From positions 1 through 61,166 of the forward strand of contig CAVGKI010000001.1 in assembly GCA_963629655.1 (NCBI GenBank): 61,166 nt of DNA. Reading direction: 5' to 3'. Positions 52,888-61,166 of this stretch are shown piece by piece. This stretch comes from Butyricicoccaceae bacterium (lineage in GTDB: Bacteria; Bacillota; Clostridia; Oscillospirales; Oscillospiraceae). Under the pieces are notes generated by a model, which had not been told where the DNA came from, did not search any database, and saw only the letters and a program-made list of their open reading frames with translations. Made by a program: the position numbers and the translations under genes. The stretch's first letter is position 1, and every line of letters starts with the position of its first letter.

Positions 52888-54204
52888 TTACCCTGCGAAG
52901 CCGTCATACAGCACCTGTATTGCAGTCTCGAAGTCCTTGTTTTCCACGCCTACTATTATACTCGTTTCATCCGCGCCCTGTGCAATGGTGCGGATGTTCA
53001 CGCCGTTGTCGCCCAGCGCCTTGAATATCTTGCCCGATACGCCGGGGCGGAACGGCATCTTCCGCCCGACCGCCGCCACAAGGGCAATCCCGTCACGCAC
53101 CTGAACATCGTCCGGGCGGCAGCCCTTTTGTATCTCGTTGACAATGTCGTATATCGCGTCGCCCAGCGCCGCCGTCGCGCACACGAGGGCGAAGCTGTCC
53201 AGCCCCAGCGTGATGTGCTCTATCGTCGCCTTGAACCGCTCCAGTATCTCAAGCGTCCGGCGGAGCGTCTGACACACGTTCATGTTGTGCTTTGTGACGG
53301 TGATAACGGTGAAGTTCCTGCGCCCGGCGATGCCGGTTATAAAGCGCTCGTGCTCGCCCTCGCTGTCCTCCACGTGCTCGACGATCATTGTGCCGGGGTC
53401 GTCGGGGGCATTGGTGTTGCGGATGTTGAGGGGTATGCCCTTTTCCTTCACCGGCTGCACCGACTCCTCATGCAGCACCGACGCACCCATGAACGCCAGC
53501 TCCCGCAGCTCCCCGTAGGTTATGCGCGGGATGGGCTTCGGGTCGCGGACGATCTTCGGGTCTGCCATCAGTATGCCGGACACGTCCGTCCAGTTCTCAT
53601 ATACATCCGCTCCCGCCGCCGCTGCCGCCAGCGCGCCGGTTATATCGCTGCCGCCGCGGCTCATCACCTTTATCTTGCCCGTCGGTGACAGCCCGTAGAA
53701 CCCCGGTATCACAATGCGCCCGTACTCCTTCACGGCGGCGCTTATCGCGGCGTAGCTGCGCTCCGTCTCCACCTGTCCGTCAAAGCCGAAGAACACGCAG
53801 TCCTTCGCGTCTACGAACGTATAGCCGAGGTAGTCCGCAAGGAGCTTCGAGGTGAAATACTCCCCGCGCGATACAAGCTCGTCCACGCTCATGTCGCGGC
53901 TGAGCCGCGCGCGCAGTGCTTTGAAGTCCGCCTCCACGTCGTAGGCGATGCCCAGTGCGCTGCGTATCTCGGCAAAGCGGCGCTCGATGCCGTCCAATAT
54001 CTCATCGCACGACACCCCGTAGGTGAGGTGCGCATGGCACAAATACAAAAGGTCGGTCAGCTTGTGGTCGTCCGGCGTGCGCTTGCCCGCCGCGCTTGAG
54101 ACAACGATGCGCCGCGCGCCGTCCGCCTCGACGATGTTCTTCACCTTTTCAAACTGCTCCGCACCCGCGACGGACGAGCCGCCGAATTTCACAACCTTAA
54201 GCAT
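52888..54204 (-). CDS. Aspartate kinase
   Basis: MLKVVKFGGSSVA..., RGGSDITGA, and C-terminal ACT repeats; 438 aa. Confidence 0.9.
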   Translation of the reverse strand: MLKVVKFGGSSVAGAEQFEKVKNIVEADGARRIVVSSAAGKRTPDDHKLTDLLYLCHAHLTYGVSCDEILDGIERRFAEIRSALGIAYDVEADFKALRARLSRDMSVDELVSRGEYFTSKLLADYLGYTFVDAKDCVFFGFDGQVETERSYAAISAAVKEYGRIVIPGFYGLSPTGKIKVMSRGGSDITGALAAAAAGADVYENWTDVSGILMADPKIVRDPKPIPRITYGELRELAFMGASVLHEESVQPVKEKGIPLNIRNTNAPDDPGTMIVEHVEDSEGEHERFITGIAGRRNFTVITVTKHNMNVCQTLRRTLEILERFKATIEHITLGLDSFALVCATAALGDAIYDIVNEIQKGCRPDDVQVRDGIALVAAVGRKMPFRPGVSGKIFKALGDNGVNIRTIAQGADETSIIVGVENKDFETAIQVLYDGFAG

Positions 54205-54264
54205 GAATTTTCATCTCTTTCTTTTTTCGCTTTATATGATATAATCAAGGGCAAGACCGCATGA

Positions 54265-55410
54265 TCACGCTAATTCTGCGAAGAATATCTCCGCGCCGCT
54301 GCGGCGCAGTGCGCGCACCTTTTCGTGCATCTCGCTGACGCTTACGGGCTTCACCACCGCGCGCACAATATCGCCCTCGCGCTCCATGCTCTCGCAGTCG
54401 AAGCTGTCCGCAAGCACCGCCGGGCAGCGCACATAGTAGCGGCACAGACAAGCGTCGTTGTTCGCCGTCACCGCGCGGCAGTTGTTTTTCAGCATCTCCC
54501 GCTGTCCGACGGCGAGACACTCCAAATCGCGCAGCACGGCGGAGGCGGTGGGGTAGCGCCCCGCGCCCTGACCCATGAGCACGATGTCCCCGGAATTTTT
54601 GCCGTGATATTTTGCCATGTTGAAGTTTTTCTTTACCGCGCACTCCGGCGCGTCGGCGGGCAGCAGCACGGGCTGCACATAGGCATAGACACTGCCGTCG
54701 GCATTGAGCCCGCCCTTCGTCACAAGGCGGCAGCACAGCCCCCGGCGCTTTATATCCTCAACGTCGGCGGCGCGCAGGCTCTCTATCCCCTCGTTTTTCA
54801 GCCCGTCCGCCGGCAGCATATCATACGCCACCGCACACGCCAGCATTATCTTTCTCAGTGCGTCCAGCCCGCTCACGTCCGCCGTGGGGTCAGCCTCGGC
54901 ATAGCCGAGCCGCTGCGCGTCGCCGAGCGCCGCGTCATAGTCCAGCCCCTCCGACTGCATCATGTCGAGCATATAGTTCGTCGTGCCGTTGAGTATGCCA
55001 CCGAGGGAAATTATCTCGTCGCTCTTGCGCGCAAGCTCCAGATTGTGCAGAAACGGTACAGCGCCGCCGCACGCCGCGCTGAAAAGAAAGCCCACGCCAT
55101 TGGAGCGCGCAAGCTCGGCAAGCTCTATCCCGCGCGCGGCGACGAGCGCCTTGTTCGACGTGACGAAATGCTTCCCCGCGCGCAGCGCCATCGCGGCGTA
55201 TGCATAGGCAGTATCAACGCCGCCCATCGTCTCCGCGACCGCGTCAATGCCTGCATCCGCGCATATGCTCTCTATCGAGTCGCATTTGAAGGCTTCGTCC
55301 GCCTTGCCGTGCCGCACCAGCACAGGTCCCGCCTCAAGAAGCGGACAAGTTCGCAGCATATCGTAAACACCCTTGCCGACAGTACCGTATCCCAAAACCG
55401 CAACTCTCAT
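54265..55410 (-). CDS. hom: Homoserine dehydrogenase
   Basis: MRVAVLGYGTVGKGV..., FVTSNKALVA, GILNGTTNYML, EADPTADVSGLDA. Confidence 0.9.
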   Translation of the reverse strand: MRVAVLGYGTVGKGVYDMLRTCPLLEAGPVLVRHGKADEAFKCDSIESICADAGIDAVAETMGGVDTAYAYAAMALRAGKHFVTSNKALVAARGIELAELARSNGVGFLFSAACGGAVPFLHNLELARKSDEIISLGGILNGTTNYMLDMMQSEGLDYDAALGDAQRLGYAEADPTADVSGLDALRKIMLACAVAYDMLPADGLKNEGIESLRAADVEDIKRRGLCCRLVTKGGLNADGSVYAYVQPVLLPADAPECAVKKNFNMAKYHGKNSGDIVLMGQGAGRYPTASAVLRDLECLAVGQREMLKNNCRAVTANNDACLCRYYVRCPAVLADSFDCESMEREGDIVRAVVKPVSVSEMHEKVRALRRSGAEIFFAELA

Positions 55411-55543
55411 AATTCCGCCTCCAAAAATTTTTGTGTCCGTTTGTCAAAAACACTTGTTTTTTTGACGTGGACAGTGTATCATATACTCATGGAAAATACA
55501 AGCCCTTATTTCATCCGCAAATTGTACAAGGAGTGTCGCCGTT

Positions 55544-55981
55544 ATGCTTGAAAATTATCTCATCATTCACAAAAGCATACTCCCGGAGTATTACGAGAAG
55601 GTGCTGGAGGTGCGACATCTGATGGAATCCGGGCGCGTGCACGACGTGAGCCAGGCCGTGCGCGAGGTCGGCATCTCGCGCAGCACGTATTATAAATACA
55701 AGGACTATATACTCGAGCCTTCGGAGCTGGCAGGCGGGCGCAAGGCGGTGCTGTCGATGATGCTGGCGCACGAGCCGGGCGTGCTGAGCGCGCTTTTGAG
55801 CTGTATATCCGAGGCGGGCGCGAGCGTGCTGACCATCACGCAGAGTCTGCCCATCCACAACCGCGCAAGCGTCACGCTGTCCATTGATGTCAGCTCCATG
55901 TCCTGTGAGCTGACAAAGCTGCTCTCGCTCATGGAGCAGACCCCCGGCGTGGACAAGGCAAAGCTCCTCGCCGTTGAATAA
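55544..55981 (+). CDS. ACT-domain protein of the UPF0735/PheB-like type with an N-terminal HTH-like segment
   Basis: 145 aa: VSQAVREVGISRSTYYKYKDY (HTH-like), then an ACT fold (VLSMMLAHEPGVLSALLSCISEAGASVLTITQS). Confidence 0.7.
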   Translation: MLENYLIIHKSILPEYYEKVLEVRHLMESGRVHDVSQAVREVGISRSTYYKYKDYILEPSELAGGRKAVLSMMLAHEPGVLSALLSCISEAGASVLTITQSLPIHNRASVTLSIDVSSMSCELTKLLSLMEQTPGVDKAKLLAVE

Positions 55982-56007
55982 GATTTTTCGGAGGATAAAC
56001 AACCATC

Positions 56008-57495
56008 ATGTACTATCAGAGCACCAGAAGCAGCCACACCGCAAGCTCCCTTGATGCCGTGATACGCGGCATCGCGCCGGACGGCGGGCTGTATGTTGAC
56101 CCGAATATCGCCGCGCGTCCGTTCGACTGGCGGCACTGTCTCACGCTCGATGAGCTCGGCATGGCGGAAATGCTGCTGTCGCACCTGCTGCCCGATTTTG
56201 AGGATATGGGCGCGCTCGTCAGGCGTGCGTACTGCGGCAAATTTGAAAATGACCGCCTGTCGCCGCTCGTGCGCGCAGGCGACGCATGGGTGCTGGAGCT
56301 TTTCCGCGGTCCGACGAGCGCATTCAAGGATGTGGCGCTCTCCATGCTGCCGCAGCTTATCACCAAGGCGCGCGAGCAGCTCGGCATTACCGAGCGCATT
56401 GTCATTCTCACCGCGACCTCCGGCGACACGGGCAAGGCGGCGCTGGAGGGATTTCACGATGTGCCGGGGACGGGCATCGCGGTGTTCTACCCCGACGGCG
56501 GCGTGTCCGCCGTGCAGCGGGCGCAGATGGTCACTCAGCGCGGCGATAACGTCCACGTCACCGCAGTGCGCGGCAATTTTGACGACTGCCAGCGCGGCGT
56601 AAAGGAGGCGTTCCGCGACGTGGACGCGGCGGAATACGGCATGCGCCTGAGCTCCGCCAACTCCATCAACATCGGCCGTCTCGCGCCGCAGCTTATTTAT
56701 TACTTCTCCGCCTATGCCCAGCTCGTCGCCTCCGGCAGTGTCAGCGTGGGCGACCCGGTCGATTTCATCGTTCCGACCGGCAACTTCGGCGACATTCTCG
56801 CGGGGCTGTACGCAAAGCTGCTTGGTCTGCCCGTGGGGCGGCTCGTGTGCGCCTCGAACATCAACAATGTCCTCTGCGATTTTATCCGCACCGGCAAATA
56901 CGACGCGCGGCGTGAGTTTGTGCGCACGTCCTCCCCGTCGATGGACATTCTCGTCTCCTCCAATCTTGAGCGTCTGCTCTTCCTCGCCTCCGGCGGCGAC
57001 ACCGCCGCCGTGAGCGGCTGGATGAGTGCGCTCTCCGAGTGTGGCGTGTACGAGGTCGACAGTTCAACGCATGCGCGCATACGCGGCTGGTTCTCCGCCG
57101 GATATACCGACGAGGGCGCGACGCGCCGCACCATTGCCCGCGTGTGGGCGGAGTGCGCATATCTGTGCGACCCGCACACCGCCGTTGCCATGTCCGTGCT
57201 CGATGATTACCGCCGCAGCGCGGACTACACCGGTGCGCCGTGCGTCGTTTTGTCCACGGCTTCCCCGTTCAAGTTTCCCGCTGTCGTGCTCTCCTCCATC
57301 ACCGGGAGCGCCGAGGGCGACGAGTTCGCGCAGATGGAGGCGCTGTCCGAGCTGTCCGGTCTGCCGATACCGAAAAACCTCGCCTCTCTCCGCTCCCAGC
57401 CGGAGCTGCACCACGCCGTCGTCGCGCGCGACGGCATCACCCCCGCCGTGCGGGATATTCTCGCCAGTATAAATCAGGAGGCTGAAAGAGCATGA
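56008..57495 (+). CDS. thrC: Threonine synthase (long form)
   Basis: GPTSAFKDVAL (PLP lysine motif), ATSGDTGKAA, VPTGNFGDILAG; 495 aa. Confidence 0.92.
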   Translation: MYYQSTRSSHTASSLDAVIRGIAPDGGLYVDPNIAARPFDWRHCLTLDELGMAEMLLSHLLPDFEDMGALVRRAYCGKFENDRLSPLVRAGDAWVLELFRGPTSAFKDVALSMLPQLITKAREQLGITERIVILTATSGDTGKAALEGFHDVPGTGIAVFYPDGGVSAVQRAQMVTQRGDNVHVTAVRGNFDDCQRGVKEAFRDVDAAEYGMRLSSANSINIGRLAPQLIYYFSAYAQLVASGSVSVGDPVDFIVPTGNFGDILAGLYAKLLGLPVGRLVCASNINNVLCDFIRTGKYDARREFVRTSSPSMDILVSSNLERLLFLASGGDTAAVSGWMSALSECGVYEVDSSTHARIRGWFSAGYTDEGATRRTIARVWAECAYLCDPHTAVAMSVLDDYRRSADYTGAPCVVLSTASPFKFPAVVLSSITGSAEGDEFAQMEALSELSGLPIPKNLASLRSQPELHHAVVARDGITPAVRDILASINQEAERA

Positions 57496-58370
57496 AGATA
57501 CTTGTCCCTGCCAGCTCCGCCAATCTCGGTCCGGGGTTTGACTGCTTCGGCGTGGCGTGGAAGCTGTATAACGAGCTGGAGTTCATTCCCGGCGGCGACG
57601 GGCTCACCGTCACGGGGTGTGATGAAAAATACTGCAATGCGGATAACCTCGCCTACCGCGCATATAAGGCGGTGCTGGAGCGCTGTCACCTCGCGCCGGA
57701 GGGATTGACGATCAATTTCCTCCGCTGCGACATTCCGATTTCGCGCGGGCTCGGCTCCTCGTCGGCGCTGCTCGTTGGCGGTGTAATGGCGGCAAACGCC
57801 ATTCATAAGCTCGACATGAGCCGGGATGAGCTGCTCTCTGTCGCGACAGCGCTGGAGGGGCACCCCGATAACGTCGCCCCGGCGCTATTCGGCGGGCTGA
57901 CCGCCTCCACCGTCGAGGCGGGCATTCCCCTCTCCGTGCACTATTCCCTCTCACCGATGCTGCATTTCACGGCGCTCATTCCGCCCTTCGAGCTGTCCAC
58001 CGCGCTCTCGCGCAAGGTTCTGCCGCACGATGTGCCGCGCGCGGATGCTATATTCAACGTCTCCCGTGCAGCGCTGCTGCTGAGCGCGCTGGGCAGCGGG
58101 GATATTCCCTTGCTGCGCGCCGCAATGGCGGATCGCCTGCATGAGCCGTACCGCCGTGCACTCATCGACGGTTATGACACCGCGCGCGCCCTCGCCTACA
58201 AGCATGGCGCGGAGGCGATGTGCATCTCCGGCGCAGGCTCGACGCTGCTGTGCGTCGCGGCGCATCCGAGCCTTGCCGAGGATATCTCCGCCGACCTCGC
58301 CGCGCATCTGTGCGGCTGGCGCGCTGTGACACTCCTGCCGGAGCTTGAGGGCGCGCATATAGAGGAATAA
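57492..58370 (+). CDS. thrB: Homoserine kinase
   Basis: KILVPASSANLGPGFDCFG..., PISRGLGSSSA (GHMP motif). ATGA overlap with thrC. Confidence 0.92.
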   Translation: MKILVPASSANLGPGFDCFGVAWKLYNELEFIPGGDGLTVTGCDEKYCNADNLAYRAYKAVLERCHLAPEGLTINFLRCDIPISRGLGSSSALLVGGVMAANAIHKLDMSRDELLSVATALEGHPDNVAPALFGGLTASTVEAGIPLSVHYSLSPMLHFTALIPPFELSTALSRKVLPHDVPRADAIFNVSRAALLLSALGSGDIPLLRAAMADRLHEPYRRALIDGYDTARALAYKHGAEAMCISGAGSTLLCVAAHPSLAEDISADLAAHLCGWRAVTLLPELEGAHIEE

Positions 58371-58379
58371 CCGCAACAA

Positions 58380-58407
58380 GCTCGCCGGTGCTTCTGCACC
58401 GGCGAGC
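58380..58407. terminator. Bidirectional hairpin between convergent thrB and nudF
   Basis: Perfect 12-bp stem gctcgccggtgc / gcaccggcgagc, loop ttct. Flanking T-runs are weak. Confidence 0.55.
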
Positions 58408-58426
58408 CTGTTGTCATCAAATGTTA

Positions 58427-58996
58427 TCAAATTCCAAGCAGGCGCGCCGCCTTGAGTATGGCTGCCTGCGTTTTTATGTCCACTATCTCTCCGTCCATGA
58501 CCTCGCGCACGAGCTGCGCGAGCGGCACAGTCATTATATTCAAAAATTCGTCCTTATCCAGCTTCTGCTCGCCCTCATGCAGCGAGCGCGCGAGGTACAT
58601 GCTTATGCGCTCCGTGCTGTATGCCACAGCCGGGTAAAAATCGCCCAGCTCCGTCCACTCATCGGCGGTCAGCCCCGTCTCCTCGTGCAGCTCGCGCTTG
58701 GCGGCGGACAGCCTGTCCTCCTCCGGCGTGTCGAGCTTTCCCGCCGGTATCTCGGTTATCACCATGTCCAGCGGATAGCGGTACTGCCGCTCAACAACGA
58801 CCTGCCCGTCCGCCGTGACGGGGACGATGCACACCGCGCCAAGGTGCTTTATATAATCCCGACCGCTCTCATCGCCGTTCGGCAGACGCACGCGGTCATG
58901 GAACACGTGCAGCAGCGGTCCGTGATACGTCTCCCTGCCGGAGATGCGCACCTCAGTGAGCTGCTTATATTCCCATTCGTTTCTGTTCATGTTCAT
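58427..58996 (-). CDS. NUDIX hydrolase (ADP-ribose pyrophosphatase-like)
   Basis: Nudix box GKLDTPEEDRLSAAKRELHEETGL; 189 aa. Confidence 0.85.
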   Translation of the reverse strand: MNMNRNEWEYKQLTEVRISGRETYHGPLLHVFHDRVRLPNGDESGRDYIKHLGAVCIVPVTADGQVVVERQYRYPLDMVITEIPAGKLDTPEEDRLSAAKRELHEETGLTADEWTELGDFYPAVAYSTERISMYLARSLHEGEQKLDKDEFLNIMTVPLAQLVREVMDGEIVDIKTQAAILKAARLLGI

Positions 58997-59014
58997 AATA
59001 TCGCCGTCCTTTTG

Positions 59015-59051
59015 AAAAAATCGGAAGTGAGAGCTTTCACTTCCGATTTTT
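59015..59051. terminator. Bidirectional intrinsic terminator after rplQ
   Basis: aaaatcggaagtga / tcacttccgatttt, with an A-run upstream and a T-run downstream. Confidence 0.8.
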
Positions 59052-59068
59052 CGTGCATTATTGGGTGA

Positions 59069-59410
59069 TTATACGAGCTCGATGACTGCGGTCTCGGCAG
59101 CATCGCCGCGGCGAACGCCGACGCGGGTGATGCGGGTGTAGCCGCCGCTGCGCTCTGCATACTTGGGCGCGATCTCATCGAAAACCTTCTTGGCGACATC
59201 CTCGCGGGTGATGAACGCGAGCGCCTGACGATAGCTCGCCAGATCCTTTGCCTTGCCAAGAGTTATCATCTTCTCGGCCATAGGCGCGATCTCCTTGGCG
59301 CGGGTGACAGTGGTCTCCATGCGGCCGAGGTCAAGGAAATCCGTGACCTGCTGACGGAGCATTGCCATACGGGCAGCAGTCGGCTTGCCGAGTTTTCTGG
59401 TTCCGGGCAT
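59069..59410 (-). CDS. rplQ: 50S ribosomal protein L17
   Basis: [22 protein letters not shown]...[18 protein letters not shown]. Confidence 0.96.
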   Translation of the reverse strand: MPGTRKLGKPTAARMAMLRQQVTDFLDLGRMETTVTRAKEIAPMAEKMITLGKAKDLASYRQALAFITREDVAKKVFDEIAPKYAERSGGYTRITRVGVRRGDAAETAVIELV

Positions 59411-59436
59411 AATTGCAATTCCTCCTTCTTGAGAGC

Positions 59437-60393
59437 TTACTGTTTGTTGTCGTCATCGTCAGCAAGCGTCAGACCCATCATGGTGAGCTTATGCTCGACC
59501 TCTTCAAGGGACTTGCGACCGAGGTTGCGCACCTTGATCATCTCGTCCTGAGTCTTGCTTACGAGATCCTCGACAGTATTGATATTTGCGCGTTTGAGGC
59601 AGTTGAAGCTTCTGACACTGAGATCCAGCTCTTCAATGGTCATCTTGAGCATGGTGTCGGGCTCCTTCTCGACCTTCTCCACAACGATGGGATTGTTCGA
59701 GATGGTGTCAGACAGATCAGTGAAGAGCGTGAAGTGATCGCAGAGTATCTTTGCACCCAGCGATACCGCATCACGGGCGGTCATGGTCTTGTCTGTCCAC
59801 ACCTCAATCGTCAGCTTGTCAAAGTCCGTCTGATTGCCCACACGGGTGTTCTCGACGGTGTAATTGACCTTGAGGACAGGGGTGTATATGGAGTCGACAG
59901 GAATAGTGCCGATGGGCATCTGCGGGTTCTTGTTCTTCTCCGCCGAGACATAGCCTCTGCCGTGGTCAAGGACGAGCTCCATATTCAGCGCGCCGTCCGA
60001 ACCGAGCGTGGCGATAGGCTGTTCGGGGTTGAGTATTTCCACCTCCGCGTCCGCCTTGATGTCGCCGGCGGTGACAACGCCCTCGCCGGCAGCCTCGATG
60101 TAGACGGTCTTGGGACCGATGCTGTGGAGGCGGGCGATAATGCTCTTGACGTTGAGCACTATCTCCGTCACATCCTCCTTGACACCGGGAATGGTGGAGA
60201 ACTCATGCTGCACACCGGCGATCTTGATGCTGGTGCAGGCAGTGCCGGGGAGAGAAGAAAGGAGTACCCTGCGAAGAGAGTTACCAAGTGTTGTGCCGTA
60301 GCCACGCTCCAACGGTTCGATAATATACTTGCCGTAGGAACTCTCGGTGGGAGTCTCGATGCATTCGATGCGCGGCTTTTTAATTTCGATCAT
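59437..60393 (-). CDS. rpoA: DNA-directed RNA polymerase alpha subunit
   Basis: [13 protein letters not shown]...[25 protein letters not shown]...[17 protein letters not shown]. Start moved to ATG 60393. Confidence 0.96.
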   Translation of the reverse strand: MIEIKKPRIECIETPTESSYGKYIIEPLERGYGTTLGNSLRRVLLSSLPGTACTSIKIAGVQHEFSTIPGVKEDVTEIVLNVKSIIARLHSIGPKTVYIEAAGEGVVTAGDIKADAEVEILNPEQPIATLGSDGALNMELVLDHGRGYVSAEKNKNPQMPIGTIPVDSIYTPVLKVNYTVENTRVGNQTDFDKLTIEVWTDKTMTARDAVSLGAKILCDHFTLFTDLSDTISNNPIVVEKVEKEPDTMLKMTIEELDLSVRSFNCLKRANINTVEDLVSKTQDEMIKVRNLGRKSLEEVEHKLTMMGLTLADDDDNKQ

Positions 60394-60473
60394 ATTGTTA
60401 TATAACCCTCCTTTTAAGTCTAGCGCCGGGCGGCGCTGCAATGAATCAGCTTACCAATTTGAGGGTGTCTTTA

Positions 60474-61082
60474 TTACTTGGAGTACAACTCGACGATAAG
60501 ATGCTCTTCGATGGGCATATCAATGTCATCACGCGCAGGAACTGCAACGATCTTTGCCGTCAGATTGTTTTTGTCATACTCGATCCACTTGGGAGCGGCG
60601 CGGAAAGCGTTATCCTCAATGTTATCCTTTATCTTCTGCATACTCTTGCCCTTCTCGGTCAGGGAGATGACCATGCCGGGCTTGACCTGGAAGCTGGGGA
60701 TATTGACCTTGCGTCCGTTGACCGTGACGTGACCGTGGTTGACGAGCTGGCGCGCCTCGCGGCGGGTCATGCCGAAGCCAAGTCTGAACACCACGTTGTC
60801 AAGGCGCTGCTCAAGGATGGCGAGGAGGTTTTCGCCGGTGATGCCGGGCATTTTCTCCGCTCTCTCATAGTAGAGGCGGAACTGCTTCTCCAGCACGCCG
60901 TAGATGAACTTGACCTTCTGCTTCTCATTGAGCTGCATACCGTACTCGCTCTGTTTTTTGCGAACCTGAGCCTTGGGGTTGCGGATGGTGTCGATCTTGC
61001 TCTTGCCGGTGTAGCCCAGAGATGCCGGGGTAACGCCGAGAGCCTTCGCACGCTTAACAACAGGCTGTGTATTCTTTGCCAT
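60474..61082 (-). CDS. rpsD: 30S ribosomal protein S4
   Basis: ...YGMQLNEKQKVKFIYGVLEKQFRLYYE...LDNVVFRLGF...RQLVNHGHVTVNGRKVNIPSFQV. Confidence 0.96.
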   Translation of the reverse strand: MAKNTQPVVKRAKALGVTPASLGYTGKSKIDTIRNPKAQVRKKQSEYGMQLNEKQKVKFIYGVLEKQFRLYYERAEKMPGITGENLLAILEQRLDNVVFRLGFGMTRREARQLVNHGHVTVNGRKVNIPSFQVKPGMVISLTEKGKSMQKIKDNIEDNAFRAAPKWIEYDKNNLTAKIVAVPARDDIDMPIEEHLIVELYSK

Positions 61083-61101
61083 TATCTGTACCCTCCTTCA
61101 A

Positions 61102-61166
61102 TTAGACGCGGCGACGTTTCGGAGGACGGCAGCCATTGTGAGGAATGGGGGTAACGTCCTTGATCA
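61102..61166 (-). CDS. rpsK: 30S ribosomal protein S11, C-terminal fragment (runs off the window)
   Basis: My own translation of the minus strand gives ...IKDVTPIPHNGCRPPKRRRV*. Confidence 0.9.
   Translation of the reverse strand, partial: IKDVTPIPHNGCRPPKRRRV

Noticed and set aside
55411-55543. A lysine riboswitch or T-box leader ahead of the hom-aspartate kinase-asd operon.
   Set aside because: Only 133 bp are shared by two divergent promoters. That is too short for either element, and no specifier or T-box sequence or L-box helices were seen.

Overview
A 61 kb chromosomal window from a high-GC, spore-forming Firmicute. My guess is a Clostridia/Oscillospiraceae-like genome, based on spoIIE, a Re-type citrate synthase cluster, a Bacillus-type long SRP RNA and ECF S-components; this is not verified. 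Most of the window is housekeeping. Left to right: a giant LysM-anchored repeat protein plus a short LysM paralog (-); proBAC (+); an orphan moaC (-); spoIIE (+); a CAP-domain protein (-) and an orphan solute-binding lipoprotein (+); a LacI-controlled operon of HMG-CoA-lyase-like enzyme, permease and family III CoA-transferase (-); the F1Fo ATP synthase operon (-); a Re-citrate synthase/GntR/aconitase/isocitrate dehydrogenase operon (-); a radical SAM/SPASM gene, ybaB, dnaX and SRP RNA (-); tRNA-Ala (+); dCMP deaminase (-); queH-queT, galU, and TPP riboswitch-thiT-thiN (+); rpmH-rnpA-yidD-yidC-jag (+); an ACP plus a heterodimeric ABC exporter (+); a frameshifted LtaS-like gene and an inserted acyltransferase-3 cassette; hom/aspartate kinase/asd (-) facing an HTH-ACT gene and thrC-thrB (+); nudF; and rplQ-rpoA-rpsD-rpsK (-). 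No CRISPR array, transposase, integrase or recognisable defence system was seen. The most unusual item is the ATP synthase operon: it has no separate delta and alpha genes. Instead, one 745-codon ORF joins a b-like membrane/stalk segment, a delta(OSCP)-like domain and a complete alpha subunit, with an internal SD+ATG at the alpha boundary, and epsilon is cut down to its beta-sandwich. Other points worth follow-up: a predicted dicarboxylate (hydroxymethylglutarate-type) catabolic operon; a poly-C frameshift in the LtaS-like gene; a lower-GC acyltransferase cassette bracketed by a duplicated gene-end junction; a six-copy heptad repeat that places stops in all three frames; and the 1624-aa LysM fibre protein with a strong internal GC gradient. 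All calls come from reading the ORF translations and the DNA by eye; no database search was run.
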